A DNA stretch of 64,000 nucleotides from Octopus sinensis (Eukaryota): positions 2,356,001 to 2,420,000 of the forward strand of contig NC_043013.1 in the NCBI RefSeq assembly GCF_006345805.1. Reading direction: 5' to 3'. Numbering within the stretch: the stretch's first letter is position 1; every line of letters begins with the position of its first letter. Below, piece after piece: positions 40,987 to 54,716 of the stretch. Position numbers and translations under genes: made by a program. The notes beneath the pieces are model-generated. The model was given only the letters and a program-made list of their open reading frames with translations. It was not told where the DNA came from and ran no database searches.

Positions 40987-41113
40987 CAGGGTGTCCATAA
41001 CGCCTGGGTGCATGGGGATTAACACATACTTCAAGAAATTATTATTTCGTATATTTAATTCTTTATGTTATGATTTTATTTACCCCATGTACCCAGACTT
41101 TGTGGACACCCTG
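40987..41113. mobile_element. Tc1/mariner-type MITE (127 bp)
   Basis: TA|cagggtgtccataacgcctgggtgcatgggg ... ccccatgtacccagacttttgtggacaccctg|TA: ~31-bp TIRs with a TA target duplication. Confidence 0.88.
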
Positions 41114-42066
41114 TACATCTAAGACTTTGAAACTGTATAAAAAAAAATATAACAAAGAAGCCTGCATGTGGCCACTCAAACAGGTAAAATTACCTGAAAA
41201 ATCTTATGTTCATCCTAATGACTTAAAAACAGACTAAGACTGGCTACCGTAGATAGCGAGAGAGTATAAATGCGTGTGTAAAGATTTTTTTTTTTTTAAT
41301 CATATCAAAAGCTAACAGTCTATTCAAAGTTTCACCTCAGGCTGGGTTGTTTACAATGTGGGATAGAATAAATTTTTGGCAGTTTATACAAAGGTATGCT
41401 GACCTTGGAAGGATGTGTGTCAGTGGAGTGATGTTTTTGAAAACTGATTTTAAAATGTAGAGTTGTAATGGAAAGATATTGTTAAGGTGTTTTGGAAGTA
41501 TGAATGGGTTGGGATAATCCCTACCTCTATTCATGTTCAGATTATCAATCAAATTAATTGAAATTATTAGAAAAATAGTTAAATTATTACGGATCACTTT
41601 TGTACTGGTTCACATACAAGGACTTAATAGTCTTAGAAAGAAATTAAAGACACTATTCATGAATCAGTCCCACTGTGTAGCACCTTGGGCAAGTTTTTCC
41701 TATTATAGCCCGGGGCTGACTAATGTCTTGTAAGTGGATTTTTTAGACAAAAACTGAAAGAAGCCCATCACACACACCTTCATTGATGTGTGTGTGTACA
41801 CTGCTGTCTCTTTGCCTTGATTTTATATGGCAGATGGAAATGAATATTACTGGAATGCAAGCAATATCATTTATTTCTAATCTTTTATGAAAATATGTCT
41901 GGTCAGGAAGAATAATAAATTATTTGGAAACAGGTGAAGGTTGGCAACAGCAAAGGCACCTGGTAGTAGAAAATTGGCCTTCAGATTCCAGCTATCCCAT
42001 GCACACACAGAAATAGATACATATACTTGAAGTCTCACATCATAGATACACATTTATATACACACA

Positions 42067-42097
<31 letters not shown>

Positions 42098-43188
42098 CAC
42101 AACGTTCCTTTACTAGTTTGCTTAATAATTAACGCCAACACAAATGTGCACACACATACACCAACATACACATATCTATATGCACACACACACACACACG
42201 CATACATACAGAATGCTATGTGTTGTTCAATTAATCCTATGATATTTCTATATTGATTTGTCGCTGGAGTGGTACATGGAGTGGTGTCAGGGTATATGGA
42301 GTGTTGTGTGGTTATGTGAAGTGGTGCACAGTTGTGAGCAATGGTATGTCATATGCAGAGGTATAGAGTGGTAGAGTACTTGTCAGTGTATGAGATGGCG
42401 TAGTTGTGTTGGGCCGTGTGCAATAGAGTGGTACAGAATTATTAGTCAGAGCAGAACACACTATTACCTATTTCTTTACAACCCACAAGGGGCTAAACAC
42501 AGAGAGGACAAACAAGGACAGACGGATTAAGTCGATTATATTGATCCCAGTGCGTAACTGGTACTTAATTTATCGACCCTGAAAGGATGAAAAGTAAAGT
42601 CAACCTTGGTGGAATTTGAACTCAGAATGTAGCGGCAGACGAAATACAGCTACGCATTTCGCCCGGCGTGCTAACGTTTCTGCCAGTTTCCCGCCTTTGA
42701 ACACACTATTACCACCACCAACACCACAGATACCTACACTGACTGCAATGCCACTTCCAGTGACACCTGAAGTTGAAGGTACAAGGCCATCATCATTCAC
42801 ACCTGCTCCCATATAAAAATTAAAGCTTTTTACCTTTTATTCGTTTCAGTCATTAGACTGTGGTCATACTGGGGCACCCCCTTGAGCAGTTTTAATTGAA
42901 TTAATCAACCCCAGGACTAATTTTCTTCTTAAGCTTGGGACTTATTCTATAATCTCTTTCGTTAAACCACTAAATTACATAAACACACACACATGATGAG
43001 CCTCTTTCAGTTTCTGTCTATCAGATCTACTCATAAGGCTTTGGTCAGCTGAAGTCTATAACAGAAGACACTTGCCCAAGGTGCCACACAGTAGGAGTGA
43101 TCCCAGAACCATGTGGTTGGGAAGCAAGCTTCTTATCATATAGCTATGCCTGTGCCTATATCCACACAGCCATTCTTGTGCCTATATG

Positions 43189-43490
43189 TTTATATATAAA
43201 ATTGAAGTTGTGTGTGTGAGACTCTGTCTCCTCCAATTTAGATTCCTAACTACTCCCACATTTTGCGGTGCAGTTTAACCAAAAGCGGGTATCTTATAGT
43301 CGTCATTCATATCGAGCCCTTCTGGGTATTAGCGCGCGTCTACGATGAGTCTACAATTTAAAAAAAAATTTACCATCATTTTTCCGCATTTTTAAGATCT
43401 TTGCTTGGGTTATATAAGGGAAGTAACTCTAAAAATGCTTATATAGTTATTTCCCTTACAAACCCAAGCAACGCCGGGCGATACTGCTAG
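43189..43490 (+). mobile_element. Non-autonomous Helitron (a possible Helitron-type 5' fragment lies at ~21474-21680)
   Basis: 5' (tt)tatatataaaa; 3' GC-rich hairpin cccaagcaacgccggg followed by CTAG|T. Confidence 0.75.
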
Positions 43491-43769
43491 TATATATATA
43501 TATATATTTTATTAATGTTTCAGATGACCTCTACAGGAATGTGTGCATATGTGAAAACTGTTATTAACGGTCCATATGTTAGGGGGACCAGGGTTTCTAT
43601 CCAGTAACATATGGTAGAGGGTAATGGGGTCCAGAGTCACTCTCTCTCTCTCTCTCTCTCTCTCTCGCACTAAGCAAGTGTATCTTCACCGATGTTCTAC
43701 AGTAAGAGTTGCTGTCAATTACTGGTAGAAGTTGAAGGTAATTAGACCAGCTTATACAACAATCATCAC

Positions 43770-43800
<31 letters not shown>

Positions 43801-44092
43801 GTTATCATCACCATTGTCCAAGAAGAGCATTACCTGTTTTAATCTCACCAATCTCAAAGGGCTGCAAAAAACCAATAAATATCTTTTTAATTATCATCAT
43901 CATCCTTATCAACATATTATATACTACAGCCTACCGGGGGGGGGGCATTAATACCCTACACCAGATGACCGAACAATTTCTTCTCCACACTCAACTCAAT
44001 GTTTCACCTTCATCCTTAATGTACAATGACAATGGTTGGCAGGCAGGCTTGATGCCATATGATATAATCAGTGCATGTGTGTGTGTGTGTGT

Positions 44093-44128
<36 letters not shown>

Positions 44129-44718
44129 CTGATCTGATGCACCAGCTCATCATCCCTCCAAGCCACAAAATAGCTCCCTACTAAAGCTGATTGACATCTA
44201 ACAATGTCACATTTAGAGCTCTACTGTCAGCAGGCCATATACAACTCTTGCCATCACAAGCAGTAGCTTCTCCACTCTCGCAATTATCTAATACACTACT
44301 GCCTTGCAGGGTCTTCACAATAAAAACTAGCTGGGATTCTACTACACCAGCAAAGAAGAACCAAATCAATGCAGATATCTTGCTTCACCATTCCTTACTG
44401 TAGTTCAACAGACAAACCAAATATTCTAGGTATTTCACCTCTAAGATTGCCTGGTGTTTAAATTAAAACCTTCCTAATAATTTTTAAACGTTTTTGTTGT
44501 CACATTCTATATATATATATACATACAACAAATTAATTAATTTGATATTATTAAATCCCTTAACATGATTATTTTCAAAATTAATTGAATTACATTTGCA
44601 CTATATTTCATTAGATATATATCTATGAAAGAGTTAAACTCTGCAATCTGAGTTATACACTGCCAATCAACACTGACCTTTGACATTCTTCACAACAATT
44701 TTTTTGACATTCTTTACA

Positions 44719-44773
<55 letters not shown>

Positions 44774-45803
44774 GTGTGCGTGTGTGTGTGTGTGTGTGCG
44801 TGCGTGGTGTGTGTATTAGAATATATACAAAGATGTGGTTGTGGTTGTTTTGTTGTTAACACAGTGGTCTTCTTGTTGTTCTTACCATAGACACCTAATG
44901 TTTCTGCTGTTGCTGATACTTTTAGCATACTCTGTTGTATTTTTTACCCTATTTCAAATCTGAACAAAAAAAGACTTATGGTCAGAAGCACTCCAGCTGT
45001 GGCCATCCTGCCATATTTTTTTTTCAGGCAGAACATATCAAGTTCTACATTATCCAGTTGTTGTGAAGGTTTCTTTTAACCGTTAAATGGTTGGTTATGA
45101 ATTTAGAAGAGGGCTGCTATATCTAGCATAGTGTCTCCCTTGTCCACTTTGGTTATTCTTCCTGTCATGAAGGCTGTAAATCTATAAATGTCTTCCAAGC
45201 CCTAAGGGTTCTTTAGGAGTCAAATGCTTAATTCATGGCATTAAGCAGGTTTCTCAAAATGGTTTCCAAGGAACTCCAAGGCACCACAAAAATACTCTGG
45301 TGTTTCACAATATTAGGTGACTTTTTACTAAAAATTTTGAAGAATCTCATTAAAAAATTTGCTGTTTACTATTTTCAAAATGTTAAATTATATTTCTCTC
45401 TTTAAAACATTGTTTTTTTATTTTTCATTTCATATTGTATTAAAATTAAGGTGCCAGAAGTTGTCCATAAAATGAAGATACAGGTTTTATGAGTTTTGGA
45501 AAATCATATAGTGGGGGGTTGTCTTCATCAAAATAAGTTTGGAAACAGCTGCCCCAGAGGCTACCCTTATTGTATGTCAGGTACCATTACCAGAAGATCT
45601 GGTAGTTACACCACTCAGTTGGGTGAAGTTAACAATACTGCCTAAATGCATAATAAAAGGTCAATGAAGGATTTGAACACAAAATGTTTGCTTGTGAGAG
45701 TGGATGGCTCAATATCATATATCATAGATTATTGAGTATTTTGTTTCTACCAGACACACAAAGAGATGGGGAAGAAAAGGTCTGGTAGCACATGCACGCG
45801 TGT

Positions 45804-45836
<33 letters not shown>

Positions 45837-47489
45837 GAGGAAGTAAGGAGACTACATGGAGGTTGAGAAAGAAATTCCATAAAAGAGAAGGCAGGTAAAT
45901 TGGTGGCAACAGAAGTCCCCAGTGAATATAGAGCATTAAAATAAAACAGCAAACTGAAGTAGGTATTAAAGTTGATAGGGTCAATTGAAAACCCCTGAAA
46001 GTGGTGCCCTGTTGCAACCACAGTCCAGTCAATGAGTGAAACCAATAAAAGAGTATAAGAGAAACAAAAGTTTGTTCTATACACATTCACACCTGCAGTT
46101 CCATTTCAGGTATGCAGTTAGCTTGGTGGGTCCCATTACTCAGCAAAAGATACAATTCATCAAACCTATTTCCACAGTTTCCATCTCAATTTCACTGGCA
46201 TAGATTAGGACAACCCAAAATCATGGCAAAACAGAAGACATTTTTCCAAGACTCTACAAAGTGGAATCAAATCTAAGCAAACCTCCAACCCATTTGGCTC
46301 AACACTTTTTTTTTTTTAATGTAAGATATTTTTTTGAGACTTTGCATGAGGTTATTCCTCACACTGGAGACACTTGCAGCAGAACAGGCTCTACAAAAGG
46401 CACTCAAGAGCTACAGGATGGTTAAACCAGACAACAAAACCAAGAATAGCTACATTCCAGCAAAAAATTTTATAAAAACCTCTACACAATTCCCAACTAT
46501 CAAATTTCATAAGGTTTGATAAGTTGACCTCAAGCCATGTAGAAGACACTTTCCCAAGGTACCAAAACCCAAGACTATGAAGTGTGGTCTGAGGGAAATT
46601 TAACAGCTTTTTGTAGCAAATCAAGCAAATACCTAGAATGGAAATTTCCAAACAGTGTGTTACAAGCATAAAGTGAAATCTGATGAATTTTCAGAAATAT
46701 TTTGGCTATAATTTGAGATCTGATTATGCAAAATATAATTAGATGTGACTTGATGATACATGGCACCTTATTTAATTGTGTGTTTGTTGATTTTGTGTCA
46801 CTAATAAAACTTTTTCAGTGAAAATTTTGTTTTTAAAAGGGGACAAACCCTGGAAAGCTGTGACATAGTGGGTCCTTCTTTCGATTCAGTAGTATTTATT
46901 GACATGAGAATTTTTTGGTAAATGTTAAGAATTAAATTAGATCACAGCTGGAAGCAATTGGGCTTCACAGATGGGGTGGCACAGATATGTCTATTGATCT
47001 CATCACCAAAACATAACGAGAGAATAGCAATCAAGTGAGAGAACCCCTCCCCCAATATTGGTGGCACACTCATGTTTTACAGTTGAGTGACTGGTTAACA
47101 GAATTATAAACGCACCTGTTCATTTAACATAACATCATCATCATCATCGTCATTATTTAACATCCGTTTTCTACACTGGCACAGGTTTGATGGTTTGACT
47201 GGAGCTGGTAAGGCCAAGGGCTGTACCAGGCTCCATTTGTCTGTTCTGGAATGGTTTCTATCGCTGGAGGCACTTACTAATGCCAACCATTCCACAGAGT
47301 GTCCTAGATGCTTTTTATGTGGCACCAGCATTGGTATCAATTCTACTCTGGCAGACAGGCCTTCTTGAGTACAGCAAGGCACCAATGTTGTCTCCTTCGT
47401 GGCAGTGGTGGTGGTGGGTGGTAGTAGCAGAAGTGCACGCTAGAATATTTTCTTCATAATATATATGTATACATACACACATATATTTG

Positions 47490-47764
47490 TTCCTTCTCAA
47501 GCCATGCCTGGCTCATAAGGGCCAGTTTCTCGGTTTCCTTGGCGTATAGGTTCCCCGCCTGGACGGGACGCCGGTCCATCGCAGGTGAGCTGCAAGATGC
47601 AGGAGGAAAGAGTGAGAGAAAGTTGTGTCAAAAGAGTCAGGAGAAGTTCGCCATTACCTTCTGCCGGAGTCGCGTGGAGTTTCGCTCATAAACACACACA
47701 TCGCCCGGTCTAAGATTCGAACCCACGAGTCCGCTGCTCTAACCACTAGGCCATGTGCCTCCAC
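47490..47764 (-). mobile_element. tRNA-derived SINE with a V-domain-like body
   Basis: Minus strand: head ggaggcacatggcctagtggttagag, B-box ggttcgaatc, body ctgcgatggaccggcgtcccgtccaggcgggg resembling the V-SINE conserved domain. Confidence 0.7.
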
Positions 47765-47802
<38 letters not shown>

Positions 47803-48027
47803 AGACAAAAAAAAAATGGAGAGGATATTTTACATCCTCTTCTTTTTCATATTTGCCTTATAAATCCTGGGTAAATTTCCAATTGACCCCCACCAATACC
47901 TTGTAGTCAATTGCAATATTGACATGTAATAGTAATCACTTGCTTAAAAAATACGTAGGTACAGATCCATTAGTATATTGGGTATATACTATCCCTTAGA
48001 TGGTTTCTTAACCTCTAACTCATACAG

Positions 48028-48036
48028 ACATATATA

Positions 48037-48074
<38 letters not shown>

Positions 48075-48505
48075 CACACACATATATACATACATATACA
48101 CATTCACACATATATATATACATACATATATATATGCATACATACACACACATATATATATACATACATACATATATATGCATACATACACACACATATA
48201 TATATATATACATACATATATATGCATACATACACACACATATATATATATACATACATATATATGCATACATACACACATATATATATACATACATACA
48301 TATATATATATGTATATATACATGCATATATACATATATATATGTATATATATACATGCATATATACACATATATATATATATGTATATATACATGCATA
48401 TATACATATGTATATATGCATACATATATATATATACATATATATATATATGTATATATACATACATATATACATATTTATATGTATATATACACATACA
48501 TACAT
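48028..48505. repeat. Long compound (TA/CA/TACA/TGCA)n microsatellite, representative of dozens in the window
   Basis: Direct. It explains the Y/I/H/T/C/V-rich ORFs on both strands. Confidence 0.95.
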
Positions 48506-48563
48506 AACGATATATTACTAGGCTTTTTGTTTCATTTTTCCCATCTATAAAACCAAACTCGCG

Positions 48564-48613
<50 letters not shown>

Positions 48614-49474
48614 GAGAGTCTTTTGATTCAGTTAATGTACGTATATTAAATTTATATTTATGTATTAAGCAGACTCCAGCCAAGTTGGCTGGAACTAGAA
48701 AAGAGAAGAGAATGAATGTGTGTGTAAGGCTGTGAACGGATTCGCGAATGTAATGTCTATATGCGTGTAATTGTACACGTACAGTACACACACAATTACA
48801 CGCACATGCATGTATGTGTGTGTGTGTGTGTGTGTGTGTGGTAATTGCTGTGTATCTGAAGAATGTATTTATTGTAAGTATATCTACAAATCGTACGTGT
48901 GTGTGTGTGCTATGGTTGTGTTAAGAGAGACCAAATTTAAAACTGTTCATGTGTAGAGAGTAAAAGAAAAAGCAAGGAAGATAAGGAGGAGAGTAGTGAG
49001 TGAATGCTTCTGTGGGAGGGGGGAGTGGGACGAAGGGAGTGAAGAGAAAGGGAGGGAGGAAGACGTGAGCAGCGACAACGGTAATGGTGGTGGCGGCAGC
49101 GGCAGCAGCAGCAGCAATGGCGTCAAAGGTGTGGGGTGAGCTAGATTCTTACCATAACTTCCTGCAAGCTGTCTAGACTATACTATGCTACTTATATAGA
49201 CACACGAAAAACACGATGTAAGTCTTGAGCATAGTGGTGGTGGCGGTGGTGGAGAGGGTGGAGGCTATGTGGTGGCGGTGAAGGTGGTGGTGGAGGCTAT
49301 GTAGAGGCGGTGAAGGTGGTGGTGGAGGCGGTGGTAGTCTTCTTTCGTATAACGGACAGACCAGGACACTTACATAGACAGCACTTAACAGCTGACCCAC
49401 ATAATAAATGTGTATGTGTGTGTATATATACATACATATACACACATAAAATACATAACTTGTATGTATGTATG

Positions 49475-49502
<28 letters not shown>

Positions 49503-49505
<3 letters not shown>

Positions 49506-50185
49506 CTAAGCAATTAAGGGTTTAGCAACGAATTGCCTTACCGCACACCGAATTTAGAAATAGCAGTCAAAGAGATTATAGCTATTTCTTCTACGAAGAA
49601 TTAGATAATTAGATAATAAGAATTAGATAATTCTACCTTACCCAGACTTCTACCTTACCCAGACTGGTGACACAAGCTTTCATTCATACTTTGAATTTGG
49701 TGATACTAGCTGTGGCTTCTAGCTCGCTCTGATACTGAATTGAGTTGGTGCCTTCTAGTATCTCAAAATTCAATATTCAATCATTCATGATTGTTTGTAT
49801 CCTGCGCTGATGAGAGAAGTCTGGGTAAGGTAGAATTATCTAATTCTTATGCTTTCCTAAGACTTGATCTCGAAACGTACGTCCGTAGGTGACTTAAAAC
49901 TGTATGATAGATTGCCGTTAATTTATTCTCTCTTACCTGTTTGTGTTTGCCTTTCAAATGCTGTGTCTTTACTGTGATCTCCCTTTTAGTAGAAGAAATA
50001 GCTATAATCTCTTTGACTGCTATTTCTAAATTCGGTGTGCGGTAAGGCAATTCGTTGCTAAACCCTTAATTGCTTAGTATTACTTAAATTTTCCTCGAAT
50101 GAGGCTTTTACATGCCGAAGACTACTTGGTGTAATTGATAATTATTCCAAATTAATTAATTTCACCCTTCATTGTTATTCATAAC
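49503..50185 (+). mobile_element. Penelope-like terminal-repeat remnant with an inverted 5' partial copy, inserted in (TA)n
   Basis: Perfect 92-bp inverted repeat 49503-49594 / 49989-50080 and a 36-bp inverted repeat 49616-49651 / 49815-49850. Internal hammerhead. No ORF, so the PLE assignment rests on architecture. Confidence 0.75.
49801..49889 (+). ncRNA. Type-I hammerhead ribozyme, structurally complete; predicted cleavage after GUC (C49883)
   Basis: Stem I cctgcg/cgtagg; core CTGATGA; stem II gaga-agtct...agact-tga-tctc; GAAA; palindromic stem III cgtacg; TC. Confidence 0.85.
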
Positions 50186-50286
50186 TATATATATATATAT
50201 CGATGTATGTATATCGATAGCCAGTGAACATACAGCGTAGAAAGAATCCATATATAAATGGATAAAAAATTTATTAGACAGAAAAT

Positions 50287-50330
50287 GCCTGTGACTTCGA
50301 AGTTTCGTTAGCAATGACTCATCAGAATCT
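50287..50330 (-). ncRNA. Hammerhead core lacking stem I (probably inactive)
   Basis: Minus strand: gatt-CTGATGA-gtca.ttgc.taac-GAAA-cttcgaag-TC-acagg. The flanks do not pair. Confidence 0.6.
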
Positions 50331-50360
50331 TTGACGACCTGGAAAATCACATTCACTCTT

Positions 50361-50424
<64 letters not shown>

Positions 50425-50615
50425 CGTGTGTATGTGTATATATGTATATATATATATATGTATAAGTATATATATATAAGCATATATATATAAGCATATA
50501 TATATAAGCATATATATAAGTATATAATTTATATATAATATATAACTTTATTTTAAGCAGCAGAAAATTCAACAAAATCTGTTCTCGTTGCCGTTCATCA
50601 GACAGTCTGATGAAA

Positions 50616-50653
50616 CTGTCTGATGAACGGCAACGAGAAACTCAGAGTAACAG
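50616..50653 (+). ncRNA. Minimal type-I hammerhead (GUA site) in the right arm of fold-back 50546-50686
   Basis: ctgt-CTGATGA-a.cg.GCAA.cg.a-GAAA-ctcagag-TA-acag. The first stem II pair is an A-A mismatch. Confidence 0.7.
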
Positions 50654-50785
50654 ATTTTGTTGAATTTTCTGCTGCTTAAAATAAAGCATATTACTCTACG
50701 ACTGGTATTTGAGTACTCTTTTTTCCACTTGTTTCACATTTATGTGTTTACTCCGGTATATATATATATATATATATACTATATA

Positions 50786-50820
<35 letters not shown>

Positions 50821-51093
50821 GTGTATATATATGTATATATATATATGTATATATATATATGTATATATATATATATGTATATACATATATATATATATAT
50901 ATATATAAAGAGGGGGAGAGAGAGATACATACCCGCACACACACATATAGAGAGAGAGAGGTGTACAAAAAAGTAGGTGTGCAGTAAATATCACATCAAC
51001 GTTATAATATTTAATTCATTAAAATTATTAGCACATTAAACTAGTCAGCCTCATTTTTGCTATTTAATGATAATGATGAATATATAACTTATA

Positions 51094-51314
51094 GAGTGAT
51101 GCCTCGACTATCGCGGGTGTTACGTTCCAAAACCCCACCCGCGATAGGTGAAAATCAGCGAAGTGGAAACAGTACTGTGGTGTAGTTTTTTTTTCCTGTT
51201 ATTTATATAATTTGTATTTTTATTTCATTATAAATGCAGTACACCACGGAAGAATCGGCGTAAAGCTTAAATAATAAGCCGCGATGTGAGCCGCGATATA
51301 GCCGGGGATTACTG
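51094..51314. mobile_element. pogo/Tigger-like MITE
   Basis: TA|gagtgatgcctcgactatcgcgg ... ccgcgatatagccggggattactg|TA imperfect TIRs. Confidence 0.7.
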
Positions 51315-51613
51315 TACTAATACTTTTATCGTAACTTAAAATAAAATGAGTATTTTCTTTTTTCATAAATGTATACCTACTTTTGCGCCAAACTATGTGC
51401 GTGTGTGTGTGTGTATAAACACAATTGCAGCGTGGAAAATATTTGTAAACCATTCAAGAACACACAAAAACCGTTAGTTTCACTTCAACATTTAATTTTC
51501 ATTTGTGCCAAAATATTTTTGTCGCTTTGAAACTGCGACCAGTTTCACTGACAAGACTTGGTGCTATACACGCAGACGCAGACGCACGCACGCACACGCA
51601 CGCACGCACACGC

Positions 51614-51647
<34 letters not shown>

Positions 51648-52404
51648 GAAATAATTAAGATTTAGTTAAATTAGATACTTAAGTTGGGGCATCAAGTCAG
51701 TCAGGTATGGTCCGCACACCTTGAAGTTAGGTGATGAAAAGCAAATAAGTAACAAAAATGTCCAGGTATCGGTGTATTACGACCGTCTGATGCGGCTTCA
51801 TTTAATTAATTGATCAATGAAAACACTATATGTGAGATGTGCTGAAACAATTGTCGTGATTAATGATAAATTTTCGTATATTCCATCTTCCGTCTTTCAT
51901 TTGCCGTGTGTGTGTGGTAACTATAATAATACATCGTAATAATAATAATAATATATATTCTCCGATTTAAAGCGACATTTATATATAAACAAATTGCCTG
52001 GAAAATGATGAGCTAACCCTAGCCAGAATCTAACCCACACATCAACACTTACACCGCTACATGCGGATCCGATTGGACCAAATGCTCACCCATCAATTTC
52101 AGGCAAATTTTACATATATATACTTAAACTGTCTAATACTACATAAAGTAATTATAAACACACCAGAATATATATATTATTGATATATAATTATAGATGT
52201 TATTGTACAAATAAGTTTCTATAATTGCTTTCTCTTACAAAGTCTTCTGGTTTGTTGATAAATATTATACACACATATATATACACACATATATACATAC
52301 ACACACACATACATACATACAACAACACACACACACACATATATATAATATATATAATATATATATATATATATATACACACACATACATTCACTGCTGC
52401 TTTT

Positions 52405-52435
<31 letters not shown>

Positions 52436-52575
52436 CGCGCGCGTTTGTGGGCGTGCTAACAATACTAAACCTGTTGTTAGAACTCAATATGCACACGCTT
52501 TAGAGAAAAGCATTTTGTGAGTATAGAGTGCAGTATTAATCACTGTATGACAAGGGAACATGAATCAATTTCAAT

Positions 52576-52722
52576 GGCTTAAAGCTGTTTCTACTATAAA
52601 AAGGAGTACACTCAGAACTGAGTGCACTATTTTTAATGGCTCTCAGGAGATTGACTATAAGACGTAGCACAAGCACTCAGCTCTGAGCACACTGCATCTT
52701 ATAACAGAAACAGCTGTTAGCT
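52576..52722 (+). mobile_element. Penelope-like fold-back with a degenerate hammerhead (related fold-back at 54872-55028)
   Basis: ggct-CTCAGGA-...tataaga...tcttata..-GAAA-cagctg-TT-agct. Inverted partial copy ggcttaaagctgtttc at the left. Confidence 0.55.
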
Positions 52723-52820
52723 AATTATGATGATTAAAGTAATTCTTGTTAACTTGTCAATCAGTTACACACGTGCACACACATGCGTACATATATAAGA
52801 GGTAGAGTACTGACATAGAT

Positions 52821-52853
<33 letters not shown>

Positions 52854-54231
52854 ATATTATATATATAATATATATATATATTATACATATCTACAAACCA
52901 ATAGATATTTCAAGCTGAAAATATACCTCTAAATTAGGATTCTGCTATTTTGATTTGCAAGTGGAACAGTGAAAGTATTCAATACTTTCCTGAAATCGAT
53001 TTTATACAGTCATCTCTAAATTCCAATGAGGGGTGGGGTCCTTAGTCAGAAGTCAGCACCTCCTCCGTGGATGAATTCAGTTCAACACACACACACACAC
53101 ACACACACAACAGAACAATAATAGGTCAAAGTAGTGGGAGTCACTAAATTGACTAAAGGCTCAAAGGTGGTACCCCAGCATGGTCGCAGTCAAATGAATC
53201 AAACCAATAAAAGAATAAAAACGTAAAAGAGCCGTGTATGGGTGCAGACAGTGATCAATGCCTCAAGTGAAACCCTGCTGGTGTGTGTGTGTGCGTATCC
53301 ATGGTGGCTTCTGCACAGTTTATGTATGCATATATTGCATGAATTAGTGTCTAAAAGTACATATACTGGTTTTAAATTTTGGCACAAGGCCACCAATTTT
53401 GAGTGCTGGTACTTATTTTATCAACCCTGAAAGGATGAAAGGCAAAGTCATCCCCAGCAGAATTTGAACTCAGAATGTAAGGACAGATGAAATGCCCAGC
53501 GTGCTAATGAATCTGCCAGCTTGCAGCCTTTATGATTCTGTATATTGATATCAACTGGTGTGGCGGTTTGCATGCCTTTCTTTCATTAATGTATAAGTAA
53601 GAGGGTAAAACCCCCTTTGGTTGTGAATGACCATAAGATTGCATCTAGAAAGTTTCCCTCCGGAGGCACAAATCTAGGTACGGTTGTTTATGGAAGACCA
53701 GCAGTTGCCCATGCATACCACCCTCGCCTCTCTCTCCATGCTACTAAAGGAAAAGTCTGATACAGTTTGGCACCAGTGATGTCGCAACTTATTTCTACAG
53801 CTGAGTGAACTGGAGCAACATGAAATAAAGTGTCTTGCTCAAGAACACAACACCACAGCCTGGTCTGACAATCAGACTCACTACCTCATGATTGAGCCCT
53901 ATGCTCTTACCACTGAGCCAGGTGCCTTCACACTGTACAAGTGTCAGACTGAAATATGTAATGGGCTCTACACATATAAAACCTAAAATGGTTAAGTGTC
54001 CCATACAATGGCTAACTGAGATTATTTGGGCAATTAGTTGGTTAAGAAATTTCACCTATGAATGCTTAAAAATCTAAAATTTTATAAAAGTTTATTCATA
54101 TCTGTTTATAAACAAACAACAAATATATGAGACTCAAACCTGTACTCATACTTACAAATACATTGTTTATATTCATTCTCCCTTATAGTGTCACATTCTC
54201 TCCTTATACATACATCTAAATGTAAATCATA

Positions 54232-54339
54232 TATATAAGAATTTTTTGCGTAAGATAAAAAAACCAAGGCTGTATAGATATTATGCTCTAATATACAGCC
54301 TTGGTTTTTTTATCTTATTACGCAAAAAATTCTTATATA
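54232..54339. repeat. Hairpin with ~50-bp arms
   Basis: tataagaattttttgcgtaagataaaaaaaccaaggctgtata / tatacagccttggtttttttatcttattacgcaaaaaattcttata. Confidence 0.9.
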
Positions 54340-54678
54340 CACACGCTGACATAGAACCAACGTTGAACCCTTTATTCGCAATATTACCAAATCTGGAACT
54401 TAACTATGGTCTGGCTATAGAACTTATTCAGCATTACCTGACACCTTTGGGTCCCAATGACACCATTGTCTCTTGTAAATCATATATATCTATATATATA
54501 TAATCAAAATAAGCAACAAGAACATCTTCGGTAATTTGGTATGATCGTTTCACACTACATCATTTTATTGTAAGTATTACAACAGTTTTAAAATGTTGAG
54601 CAATCATCAGACATTTATAGAGGTTTTATATATATATATATATATATGTGTGTATATATATGTGTATATATATATATG

Positions 54679-54716
<38 letters not shown>

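Noticed and set aside
47978-48791. Longest ORFs in the track (up to 258 aa) and the many [12 protein letters not shown] ORFs
   Set aside because: They are translations of (TA)n/(CA)n microsatellites, open on both strands, with no protein signal.
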